A DNA stretch of 63,943 bases, counting the filler. It is 15 parts of 15 records of this genome, joined end to end, with 100 filler letters (N's around TTAATTAATTAA, not from the genome) between each part and the next. Parts side by side here need not be neighbours in the genome. Positions count along the whole stretch, not along the records: positions 48,734 to 51,157 come from SRR11831586_1046; positions 51,258 to 58,544 come from SRR11831586_1049; positions 58,645 to 60,726 come from SRR11831586_1055; positions 60,827 to 63,943 come from SRR11831586_1070; 11 more parts are not named here. One strand, written 5' to 3'. Both the position numbers and the translations under genes were made by a program. Every line of letters begins with the position of its first letter. Positions within the stretch are counted from its first letter, which is position 1. Under the pieces are notes generated by a model. It was not told where the DNA came from. It saw only the letters and a program-made list of their open reading frames with translations, and did no database searches. Shown here piece by piece: positions 50,430-63,943 of this stretch.

Positions 50430-50598
50430 CTTATCTCTCCCCTTAACGCCGGGTGGCGGAACTAACTGCTGCACTGCAAAATTTGAATCCCGCCGTCATG
50501 TTCATACGCCTCGGGCTGGCTACTTAACCCCTTACCACTGCCTGGTAACTCGAAGTATTGCCCGGCGTTCTGTGGGGCGGGGTGGGTGGTATGCTGGA

Positions 50599-50641
50599 AC
50601 TATAGGTAATGCCTAATTGATTGTCAATAGGCTATGCCTAA
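50599..50641 (-). promoter_or_regulatory. Leftward sigma70 promoter (TTGACA-17-TATAGT) overlapped by two 15-bp quasi-palindromic operators
   Basis: -35 at 50627-50622, -10 at 50604-50599; ATAGGTAATGCCTAA 50602-50616 and ATAGGCTATGCCTAA 50627-50641. Confidence 0.75.
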
Positions 50642-50737
50642 TGTTTTGAGCGTAACCTAATAGGTGATGGCGACAGCAGAAAGTGATGGGGGGGTTAAAT
50701 AACGGAATCCAGGAGTTTTCCGTCAGACCATATAAGT

Positions 50738-51156
50738 TTAAGTTCCAGTTTTTGTGATGTTCTGGCTTTTCCGTTCAGATTCAAGAGCTTTCAGATACTT
50801 ACCCACTTTCATTTCCATCGCTGCTATGTAGGCGCGAACATCGTGGTCAACCCAATCTGGTTCTGTAGCATTTCCAGATAACAGGAAAGCTACAATCGCT
50901 CTTATTTCATCAGAGGCTGCTTGATAAAGGTTGTTTATATCTAAAAGTTCACTTTTTGTATCTGAATTGGTGGGGTTGGTATGGGGTATTCGTTAAGCCC
51001 CCAATGCTCTGGACCAACAACATCAGAAAAGAAACGCCATAATTCTGGAAGTTTATCTTTACTTATAGAGCCTTTCTTAATCCAGTCATAAATTGATGGT
51101 GGTTGGACTTTAAAGTGGCGTGCGACCTCCGCCTTTGATTTGACGGATCCCGATGC
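50738..51156 (-). CDS. racR: Rac repressor RacR, 5'-truncated; apparent -1 frameshift at the G-run 50972-50975
   Basis: Manual translation ASGSVKSKAEVARHFKVQPPSIYDWIKKG.. and ..RKSQNITKTGT* in different frames. Confidence 0.9.
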
Positions 51157-51339
51157 GNNNNNNNNNNNNNNNNNNNNNNNNNNNNNNNNNNNNNNNNNNN
51201 NTTAATTAATTAANNNNNNNNNNNNNNNNNNNNNNNNNNNNNNNNNNNNNNNNNNNNAAAACCAAAGCAAACTACACATGCATGTACACACACACACAGA
51301 CGCGTACACACACACAACCATCCTGAGAGGCAAGCCTAC

Positions 51340-52409
51340 ATACCACGTGTGCACTGTGAAACATTGTTCCACGGATCCTTGATGGGGGCGCTGCGACTCA
51401 AATCACGGGAGGCGTCCGGGGCACGATACGAGCGCCCAAACACAAGCGTGGCAGAGGGAGACCGCAGACCAAACGACTTGAGACCCTGCACACCATGCAA
51501 ACAATACAAGCGTTATTTACAGCGAGTTTTACCCATCGTAAGGCACCACACAAGGCCATACCACGGTGACGGGGCGCCCGTACAGTAGCGCCTTATGCAT
51601 CGGACAGTGGATGCCGCAAACAACTACAAACCAATAACGCAGTACACACACAGAGAGAGAGATAAAGAGTCGATGATGTTCATACCGAAGCAACCTTGAG
51701 CGCGTCCGCACGAGCCTCCTCGTGTTCCTGCGGCGTTACCACTGCATCCATGTACAAAGAAAACACGTGAGAGAGATGCATGTGTGTGGCATATCAGGAG
51801 CAATATCGAAACAGACAGAGAAAACCGAACATGTACATCACATTCATTACGTCCAGATACCGTACCGTGACAGTCGAGCACCTCCAGGTTAGGGATCACG
51901 CGCAGAACTTGTTTGCGGTACTCGTCTTCTTCCACCACGGGGTTATGGCTCAAATCTGCGGTAGATAGCAGTTAGAACGGCCCCCTCTCGGCATCGCGCA
52001 ATAACACACCAAGGTTTTTGAGATATTGTAGATGACTCAGCTCCTCTAAGAGTGTGTCTAGGTCACGAATCCTGTTGCGAGCCAGACTGAGAGTCTCCAA
52101 GAACCTCATATCCCGCAGACCATGGATGACTTTCGCGATGCTGTTGTCGTGCAAGTACAAAGCGCGCATTCGAAAGCAACAACTCAATCCTTGCAGTTTC
52201 GCAATCTATATCCAGGTAAACTAAGGTACTACGAGGTGCTGAATTCGTACCCGATTGCCGTTAAGCCACAATATGGAGAGATTCTTGAAATCCTCAAGAT
52301 CTGGGATCGCCTCAAGCCGCCGGTGGGACAGGTGCAGCTCTGTGACGTTTACTGGGCGATCCCTGACTAAATCTTCGAGCCGAAACGGCTCTGCCGATGA
52401 CGACGCCAT
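51340..52409 (-). CDS. Eukaryotic LRR protein (LRRC72/SDS22-like), spliced. Exons 52409-52251, 52205-52010, 51955-51866, 51741-~51685; later exons uncertain
   Basis: In-frame splicing gives VTELHLSHRRL..ILWLNGNR|IAKLQGL..LYLHDNSI..LSLARNRI..|DLSHNPV..YRKQVLRVIPNLEVLD (LRRcap). Confidence 0.78.
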
Positions 52410-52618
52410 GCTTAACTCTCCGAGAGCGTCCCTCAGAGCAGTGCGCTAGCAGAAGAACGAAGAAGAACACAGATCGAACATCAACGGTGCAGAAGTCACT
52501 GTAGTCTTGGCTGTCACAAAACATGTCGAAGAAAAACTGCGCTGTCAGGTTTCATACGAGGTATAAAATCGCCATTCATGCTTTGATTTTTGAGGCTTTG
52601 TATTCTTTGTGTTCCGCT

Positions 52619-53565
52619 ATGGGCAGGCGAAGGATGACAGGTGGATGTGTATTTTTGATAGCATTCGGGTTTGCAATAATTTCATTTGTTTCCGCCGCTA
52701 CATATGAGGCTGCCATTTCTCAGCATCGCTTTGATGCGGGGAGCTTCACCACACCGTCGGCGCAAATAATGCACAATCTTGCTAAATATACGGACGCGAT
52801 CTCAATAGCCAAGCAGAATGGCTCGCAAATCATTGTATTTCCTGAGTTCGGCTTGGCTCCATCCGAAGCTATCAGCAAAGGGCGCACCGAGATTGCGCCT
52901 TATTGCGAGTTCATTCCTGGTTCGTTATGCTGTCTATTTGTGGATGCTTCAATCTGAAACTGCGTGTAGATATTGACGCGACTTCTTCTTTTAATCCCTG
53001 CACTGATGAATCCTTCACCTCCCTAGCAACAAAGACGCTCAGTTGCGCTGCTGCCGAAAACGAACTGCTCGTGGTTGCGAATGTGAACGAAGCTGCGGAT
53101 TGCTCCATCCAGGACGACCCACTCTGTCCATCGAACGGCGTGTACTATTACAACACGGAGATTGTGCTGAATGAGCAGGGCGTGCTGGTGGCAAAGTACC
53201 GCAAAGAGCATCCGTGGTTCACACACACGTACAACACCCCCGTCAATCAGTCGCTGGTGAGCTTTGTCAGTTCATTTGGAGTGCGGTTCGGGCTGATGAT
53301 CTGCAACGATATCCGGTTCTCGCAGCCCAAAGATGGACTTGTGTCAGAAGGCATCCGCCATTTCCCCTATAGCGTCTCTATGGAGTTCACGCTCATGCAG
53401 CTGGTGTTCATTCAGAGCTTTAGTGCGCTGCATCAGACTACGGTGCTGTCTGCAAACGCGGGGAACAACGCTCATGTGTACGTGAACGGAACACTGCTGG
53501 GCGTATGGACTCTATCACTCGCGGACGGTCAAGACAGCGTCGTACGAGCTACGGTGCCCGTATGA
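52619..53565 (+). CDS. Vanin/biotinidase-like secreted carbon-nitrogen hydrolase; exons 52619-52919 and 52970-53565
   Basis: Signal peptide; triad motifs IVFPEFG, AKYRKEH, FGLMICND; a 50-nt GT-AG intron joins the two ORFs. Confidence 0.85.
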
Positions 53566-54118
53566 GTGACCAGTTGTCGTTGACAGCAACCTGCACATTC
53601 TATAAGCTGGGGGAATGTACAATAATCTTTGTCGAACACTTTGGATCTATGGATGCGCTCATGTCATTGAACATGTAGTTGAGAATGGAACAGTAAAAAC
53701 TCCGTCCCGCGGACAGTTTCAGTGGCCTCATCGGAATGTATACCGACAGATCACTGAGTCAAGCAGCTACCGTGTCGGTCCGTCAACCCGCGGCGGCAAA
53801 CGCAATCTAGAGAGAACACAAACACAACCATGTAGCACAGCCAACCCCACGTGGCTCCACGTGCCGAGTCCTCCCTCCGGTGTGTGTGCCCGATGAGTGT
53901 GTCTCCTCTATCGTGTCCATGCCCCGATATGGTGTGTGCCCTGTCACGTAGCCGCTCACACAGTCGCAGCCCGCGTCACAACGCACGAACGTTGAGAGCG
54001 CGTGTTTCTCCGATCTTCCCTCAGGTTCAGGCGGTTCAGTGGTTGCCGACCTTGGTTGTGGGATGGACGGGCGCCAACGCATTCACTCCTCACTTGGCCT
54101 CAGCAGCCGGAGTTGCAG

Positions 54119-55050
54119 ATGGCGCTGCGACCCCTTCATGTGAAAGAAGGGGACGGATCTCCTTCGCTGAAACGTCGGGTGGTGGATTCTTCCATTCCAG
54201 CTGGATCCGAATCGCCACGGAAGCGCCAACCTCTTGGTTCTGATGAAACCTGTTGGCCGCAGGTGAAATGCGACACCAGCTCTCGATCTTCTTCGAGCTC
54301 GTCTTTAACTGAACGTAAGACGGTTGCTGAAACGATATATCACGAGTCCCCTCAGTACCTTCGGGTTGATACCTGCACTTCTGCTCCAGCGTTGTCATCG
54401 GAGCTCGCATCTCAATTCAGTTTTCAACCGCATGATCTGGCACCGGACGATATTCTGCCACAGGATTCAACAGTCCCGCTCGACTCAACCAACCCTATCC
54501 CATTTGATAGTGCCGAGCCACAAGCCGATGGCGAAATGCACCCCGGGCCCGCTCCACGTTCCTTTGTCTTCATCAATTACGAAGATCATCACATTCGAAA
54601 TCGTCCCAGTCGGCGCTCGTCCTGCCCCGCCCTCTCCATCCCCACACCCTCTCACACGCAGTACCCACCGCCACCCACGCAAACAGGTCTCGCTAGGGAC
54701 GTTGCATGCGCGGACCCGCTGCCGGGCACCCCACCAAGCACAACCACCACCACCACCACCACTGCCACAGCGAGCTGCGATGCAGCAGATGGCGGCCCCG
54801 CTATGGACGGGGCTGTGAGCCGAGATGTGCATGATACGCGCCTGCGACGCCACTCGGTGCCCTGGCCAGCGATAGCCGAGCGCGTTCAACAGGTACGAGG
54901 GTTGTGTGACGTGTGTCGGATATCTCTGCATGCTGACTGTGTTTCTGTTCCTTTTTGCCTGTTGGGATTGAGAAGGAGCCGATCTGGTATATGCGCCCGT
55001 GGCGCTCACGAAGTACGCCGAAGCGCAAACACGATCAGCCCCGTCGATAG
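54119..55050 (+). CDS. Eukaryotic hypothetical Ser/Pro/Thr-rich protein; probable intron ~54893-54972; start uncertain
   Basis: Long open frame, GTACGA donor, in-frame terminal exon ..EPIWYMRPWRSRSTPKRKHDQPRR*. Confidence 0.45.
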
Positions 55051-55305
55051 TATGTGTCCGTAATTTATTGTTGTGCGTATCGAGTCTGTGGTCGGCCTGT
55101 GCTGCATTGCAGCTGGCGTTGGGAACGAGAGCGCGCAGGATGGCGAGGCGTGGTATCTGTTATGGTGGAAGGGCGCGTTGGGGTTATCAATTCGATTGTA
55201 TGAAATCAACTAAGAAGGATATAACTAAATGTGTTGGAGGCTGTACACTCTAAGTCTCTACAAATAAATACGGGAAACCCTACGAACGCGTGCGTCGCTC
55301 CTCTC

Positions 55306-58300
55306 TCAGATGGAGCGCAGGTAGAGCTGCACTCCGCGCAAATAGCTACAGCACGGAATCAGCAAGCACACTCACACCAGCGTTCAAGATAACACAAACA
55401 CACGTACCATGAATCCACAGAGACCAAGCTGCGCATGGCCACCATCACAGGCATCGCGGCGCCTTCCACCGGCACCGGCAGCACAATCGTTGTCAGCATT
55501 CGGTCCGCCCCGGGGGACGTCGCACCCACACCGCCACTGCCCCGCGACCGCGAGCTCACCGAACCAACCGTGCCGTGTGGGGTGCGCGGCAGGGAGTCGC
55601 GCGTGCTTGTCAGAAGCGACCCCACTCGCGAGCTACTGAGCGCGGTGCCGGGGCTGTTGAGCAAGAGGGACGGGGAGGGCGTGTCGTAGAGGTGCCCGGT
55701 GGGGATGTGCATGGTGGGCGACTGCGCCTGCTTGACCGTGGCGCGGCGCATCTGGTCTGCATGCTGCTTGGAGACGCTCTCGACGGGGTTCTGCTCCGTG
55801 ATGGAGACCTCCAGCTGCGGCAGCATGTGCACACCGCTCGCTTCGACTAGGGCCCGCTCCCGTTCGTCATAGCGCGCCCCCACGATGCAGATGCCCGTCA
55901 CGCGCGCCTTGGTGTTGAGGCAGGAGAACTCATCGCGGTCGCTCACCGGACGCAGCACCACGTACTGGACGCCACAGGCACGACCGTTCTTGGCGCAGGC
56001 CGTCGCCACGATTTCTACACACAATGCGAACAAACGATGAACAACGGCGTCATAGCAAACGAGAGAGAACCCGCTGCATGCCGGCACATCACGCGGATAC
56101 AGAATCAGCGCGTACCAGCCAGGAAATTCGCAGGACGCCGGAAACAAGTGAGATTGAACGATTCCGGCGCATAGAACTTCCATTTGCGCAGTTGCTGAAC
56201 TTGGTGCAATAGCGATGAGATCCAAACAGGAACCTCGCGACGGGTATAGGACCATTCCTGCCATACACATGTAGATCAGCCACCACGAAGACTTTCATCA
56301 CAACACGTTCGTCACACAGGGAAAAAAACCCAGGACTCACTCGATGCCCCGAGAAAGGAGAAACATACCGATGGGACAGTCAGCCAGCGCAGCGACTCAA
56401 TAGGAGCTTTAACCGCGGATGCCTCCTGCAAGAACGCCACATGGTTCTGCACGGACGCGATCTCCAGATCCAGCGCAGATACGGCCGACTCTGGGACGGG
56501 CTCGATTCGAACGGATGACAGGATATAGGCGATATCTGCAGCGTATCACACGTGTAAGATTTGAAGACGTGTGGATGAAGGCGTGCAAGCAGTCACGCAC
56601 CACGCCGTGCAAACTCCGCCATCGTGTCGATGGGTTTCTTGCGCGCGACCGACTCCAGAATGCGCATGGTGTCCACAGCTGCGCCCCTGTCCACCCACAC
56701 AGGCATCATCTGCGGCGGGGGGACCAGCGGCAGCAGCATAGCGGACTCGATATACTTGAGCGCAGACGCGCGGCTGGTGAGCAACGATCCCACGGGGATG
56801 GTGAACTTGGTGCCCCCGGAGAAGAAGGAAAAGTCGGACTGCTGCAAGGCGGGGGAGATCGCAAGGTTGACGAGCGTTTCCACGGCCACACGGCTCGCAT
56901 CTCCGCAGCTGGCTCCCAGGAGTTGCTACTCACAGCGAAAGAACGGAAACACACGCACTGTAAGTGATCGGATAGAACTTTGATGACAGTGATGCTCGCA
57001 CCTCCTTGACGAGCCGGCGCGCAACCGCATACGCCAGCTGTGGCGCAGCCTGCAGAAGCGGCATCGAGTCCATCATGTGTTTCGCCACGCGGACAATTTC
57101 TCCCAGCGGTATGCTAATCCTACGGTCTGCAACGGACCCATACCAGCGCGTGTGTATCAACGCACACACAAACGCCACGGCGTACATCACCCGCTGTATG
57201 GTGCGGGGCATGCCGTCGAGCACGTCCTGCATGAGTGCGAGCGATGTGGCCACTGTGACAGGCAGCGCGTTCGTGGTGCGGTAATAGAGCACTCGCGTTA
57301 GGCCGCCGGAGGGCAGCCGCACAGGTGCAAGTTTGGCGTGCGGAGGGTATACCAGGAACACGCGGCATGGTGTGCCGTGATGAGCTACGCCAGTGGAGTG
57401 CTCGATCGTGAGAGAGAGTAGCTGGGGAGGCAGTGTGTCTGCGTCAAAAAGGACCAGCCACGTCCCTCCCGCTGCTTTGTGAAGGGCGTCTTGCAGCTTG
57501 GTCTTGGTGATTCCGTTCAGCGACATCTGCCACACAACCGCACATGTGAGCACACTGACACACATACCGCGCGCTGCCTTCTTTGTCGTACGTACTTTTG
57601 CAACAGACATCTCCATGCGAAGTCGTCTCGCCATGGATTGCAGATCAGGAAAGAGAGATCCTTCGTCACGACACACAAACAGAGTCTCTTTTCCGCTCTC
57701 CAGGGCCTCAAGTAAGCGAAGCGCAGGTGCTGCAAGGTAGTCCTCCCCTGCGCACAATATAAGTTCTCAATTTCGCTATATAGCGTCGAAATCCTGCCAA
57801 AGTGCGCATATCTCTGGCATCTCGACAAAAGCACCCACAGAAACACACTCACAGAGAACCGCATACCAAGAACGTTTTGTGTGTAGCTGGTCATCGCGTT
57901 GTGCAAGTCGTGCGGCGCAAACATGCGAACCATGAGCAAGCGCTGGAAGGAGGACATCTTGCGCGACATCTCCAGCGACTCCCACGGAATGGGCCGTCCC
58001 TTCGTGATGCACTGCTCCCACGTCACAGCATCGCCACGGTACATGTCGGCGAACGAAGGCACAATCTGATCCATGACATCTGCTGCAGCCGTGCCGTACT
58101 GGGGGAGGAGGAACTTGAACGGCAGAGGGAACTCGCGTGCCGATACGGGGCCGCAGCAGAAGGAGAACCACTCAACAGGGGTTACACGACCACTGGCCCG
58201 CTGTATGTGGGACGCCATGAAGAACGCCAGCAAAGACGGCTGCGCACTGCCCACAGCGACTTCGGAGAAAAAGTTCCACGTGAAGACGTTGGTAGCGTTC

Positions 58301-58478
58301 TCAATCTGCGCAAACGTGGCCGGTGTTTTGCTGGGCTTCCCGAGGGACTGAGCAGCCAGTTCGCAGATGTATGGCAGAGACTTGGCTGCGAACGGATCGT
58401 TCTGCGAGTAATCCAGCACGGCCTGATAGCACACGGCGCACCGTGCAGCTAGCATGCGGTAGATATCATACGAAGCCA
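55306..58478 (-). CDS. Highly divergent dynein heavy chain, C-terminal region (AAA5 extension, AAA6, C-terminal domain), multi-exon, 5'-truncated
   Basis: Ordered DHC-like blocks YRMLAARC, VTPVEWFSFCCG, SFQRLLMVRMFAP..VLGMRF, GTWLVLFDA, RVMYAVAFVCALIHTR, GICIVGARYD, spliced end CYLRGVQLYLRSI*. Confidence 0.72.
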
Positions 58479-58518
58479 CTACAGCAGGTCCACGTAAGTC
58501 ACACCGCATACAAGATCC

Positions 58519-58544
58519 GCACACACACACACACACACACACAC
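58519..58544. repeat. (CA)n microsatellite, intronic, at a contig break; similar tracts at 51285-51316 and in the 18.6-19.8 kb introns
   Basis: Direct read. Confidence 0.9.
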
Positions 58545-58644
58545 NNNNNNNNNNNNNNNNNNNNNNNNNNNNNNNNNNNNNNNNNNNNTTAATTAATTAA
58601 NNNNNNNNNNNNNNNNNNNNNNNNNNNNNNNNNNNNNNNNNNNN

Positions 58645-60327
58645 GCGTACGTGGGAGCGGTGGCGGTGCAGCACGCGCTGGTGGTCAAAGTCCTTAGCGG
58701 TGACGCTCTGCAGGTACTCTGCGGTGGACTGCGACACGTTCGAGGAGCGGCTGAGGCCCGAGAAGGAGCTCATGTGCGAGGTGGGCGACGAGGGGCGGCT
58801 GGAGGGGCGGCTGCTGGGGCGGGGCGGGTTGGTGAGGAGGGTCGGGTGGGTTGGGGTGGCGAGGGTTGGGGTGACAGCTGGGGGGTAGGCGGCACGAGCG
58901 GACAGGCGCGGGGAGAGGGGGATGAGGCGGCTGCTGCTGACATCGGTGCCGGACGCGATGGTGTGTGCGGCAGAGGACAGCTCGGAGACCTGGGAGGGGG
59001 AGTGGATGAGGGGTTGGGGTTTGGGGGAGTAGGGTGGGGCATCGGGGGGGCTGACTGGGTTGTTGGGAGGGCTGACAGCGGAGGCAGGGCTGCTTGGGGT
59101 GGCAGCCGGGGAGGAGGGGGATGCGATTCCCACCCGGGCGTACTGCATGAGAGGTGGGTGCGGGCGGGAAAGGGGGCTGGGAAGCGGGGAGATGTCTGCA
59201 GAACGCGACCACACATGAGACGCGGTGGGTACGGCACACACAGCGCACAAAGATGACATGAACAATGCACACAGCACAGACGAACGAAAGAACAATTCAA
59301 TGACGCAGTTTGATTTCCACACACACACACTCGCGCACGCACACCAGTACACAGTAACGCACGCATAGTTACACGTACATTCTGCGGGTCGAGACGGTGC
59401 AGACGGTGGTGATGAGATCGGCGAGGGTGCAGGGTACACCGCCCCGTTAGACACAGGAGCAACAGGCGACAGCACTTGCGGCACTACCGGCGTATTCCTA
59501 GGCGCACTCAGAATGGTTTCTGCCGCGCCGCGTGGCCGCTGGTCCAGGCTGGGGCTGCCTGCAAGCAGTGTGCTTGCGATAGACCCCGGAGGTGCGTTGG
59601 GTGCAGGCGGGTGACCCGAAACGCGCAACGGGACATAGACACTGGCTGCGAGGGCTTCGGTGCTGGGGACCGCGGAGGGGGAGGGCTGAAGCGCCGGCGA
59701 TTCGAGGGCACTGGGTGAATGGGGTGCTGCGAGACGTCAGCACAAGAATTCTGATACTGAGAGACGTACAAAGACGGTGGTGTGCAACAAGAATTACAGC
59801 GAAGTCAAGCGTACCCGGACTAGTGAGTAATTCCAGCGGCGCGGAGGCAAGCGCCTTCTTCAGAATACCCGAATCAACCAGCAGAGTCTTTGCACGAGCC
59901 GCTCGCAGAAGCTCCGTCGAGAGTGAGCGTATCGGGTTGTCACGCGCATCACATAATTGCAGAGCGGGGAGATTGAAGACAAAGTCAGGGATAATAACCA
60001 GTTCGTTGTTGCTCAGCAACAGTTGTTGTAGTTTCTGCAAGCGGATAACTGCGGATGGGACAGATTTCAGCTTGTTACCTCGGACATCCAAGACGACAAG
60101 ATTGGATAACCGAGAAATTTCTTCGGGAATATGAGCTAACAAGTTGTTGGTGAAGACAAGCTGCTCGAGGGAAGTCAGTGAGAACACAGATGGTGGAAAC
60201 TGTGGAAGCTTGCGGTGCGACAAGTTCAAGATCTGCCGCATGGTCAGACACAAGCAAACACGTTGATATTTGGTACCTTGGTTTTAGCAGGGGCACTGCG
60301 AGAGTCATTCTCGATCGAGCTGGACAT
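58645..60327 (-). CDS. Eukaryotic protein with N-terminal LRRs and a long Ser/Pro-rich region, 3'-truncated. Exons 60327-60277, 60232-59815, 59726-~59379, ~59195 onward
   Basis: LxxLxLxxNxL repeats; GTACCA/GTACGC/GTACGT donors splice in phase. Confidence 0.72.
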
Positions 60328-60663
60328 GGAGACACGCGTGTCCTCAGAATTCCATATATAAGAATCGACTTGTGGCGCTACAAGCTACTGATCATTGCGA
60401 TTACGAGCCAATCGCCCGCCGAGACACAGTTACGCGCACGATTCAGCATGCGGACTCACAATTGACCGTTCTCGAGACCTATCCTAGCGGCGTTCTCCAG
60501 TATAAACCGAAAATCCAGTGTCACATTTTTCAACTGCCCATACACGTCCGTCAACCCAGCGCAACACGCGAACGCGGGCGAACTGGCCGTTCTGTGTGTT
60601 TCTGCTTGTGTTGTTTGCTGCGGTGGTTCCTGTGGGGTTCGAAACCCGTCCCCTCCGCACAGC

Positions 60664-60726
60664 ATGGATATCGTCTATGTGTACTCGAAGCAGCGCCAAG
60701 CATTTGGCAAGGACTGGCGTGACTTT
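60664..60726 (+). CDS. N-terminus of an outer-arm dynein intermediate chain (DNAI2/IC2-like), truncated
   Basis: MDIVYVYSKQRQAFGK resembles the recalled DNAI2 start MEIVYVYVKKRSEFGK; only 21 codons visible. Confidence 0.62.
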
Positions 60727-60826
60727 NNNNNNNNNNNNNNNNNNNNNNNNNNNNNNNNNNNNNNNNNNNNTTAATTAATTAANNNNNNNNNNNNNNNNNN
60801 NNNNNNNNNNNNNNNNNNNNNNNNNN

Positions 60827-63883
<3,057 letters not shown>

Positions 63884-63927
63884 TGTGTTAACGCCCGGCT
63901 TGCCGGGCTTTTAGCTGGAATGTGATT

Positions 63928-63943
63928 ATGTTGGCATTTATCC
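63928..63943 (+). CDS. fecB: Start of FecB (MLAFI), cut by the window edge; preceded by hairpin 63893-63908
   Basis: Position after fecA and recalled N-terminus. Confidence 0.75.

Larger units (their letters stand above)
48734..51157. mobile_element. Rac cryptic prophage fragment (ydaE-kilR-sieB-ydaF-ydaG-racR)
   Basis: Gene content and order as in K-12 Rac. Confidence 0.93.

Noticed and set aside
48734-51157. Small toxin-like ORF cluster as a new defence system
   Set aside because: Matches the known Rac prophage genes in the known order
35744-55306. Alternative genetic code in the eukaryote
   Set aside because: TAA (PI31) and TGA (vanin, dynein) end genes where expected and no in-frame stops were needed in rebuilt exons; TAG evidence is weaker

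Overview
This window is not one locus. It is an artificial pseudomolecule of 15 unrelated contigs joined by 14 identical 100-bp spacers (N44-TTAATTAATTAA-N44). Nine contigs are E. coli K-12-like chromosome (rihB-lysP, dnaKJ, mfd, pheA-clpB, aceK-arpA, rha-sodA-kdgT, pncA-ydj, Rac prophage, fecRA). One is the F-plasmid tra operon and one is a Vibrionaceae-like chitobiose phosphorylase/phosphomutase fragment. Four (18588-20883, 35182-37287, 51258-58544, 58645-60726) come from a gene-dense, intron-rich, probably flagellated microbial eukaryote. Its spliced genes are missed by the ORF track and were rebuilt by hand: PI31 proteasome regulator, stand-alone E2-like acyltransferase, secreted PHB-depolymerase-like esterase, LRRC72-like protein, vanin-like amidohydrolase, a very divergent dynein heavy chain, a DNAI2-like intermediate chain start, and an LRR protein. 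Several E. coli genes carry single-base indels that look like consensus errors. I found no convincing new multi-gene prokaryotic system. The most novel material is the protist gene set, a hairpin element in the Vibrio-like operon, and a candidate Rac leftward promoter/operator. All homology calls are from recognition of sequence motifs, not from database searches.
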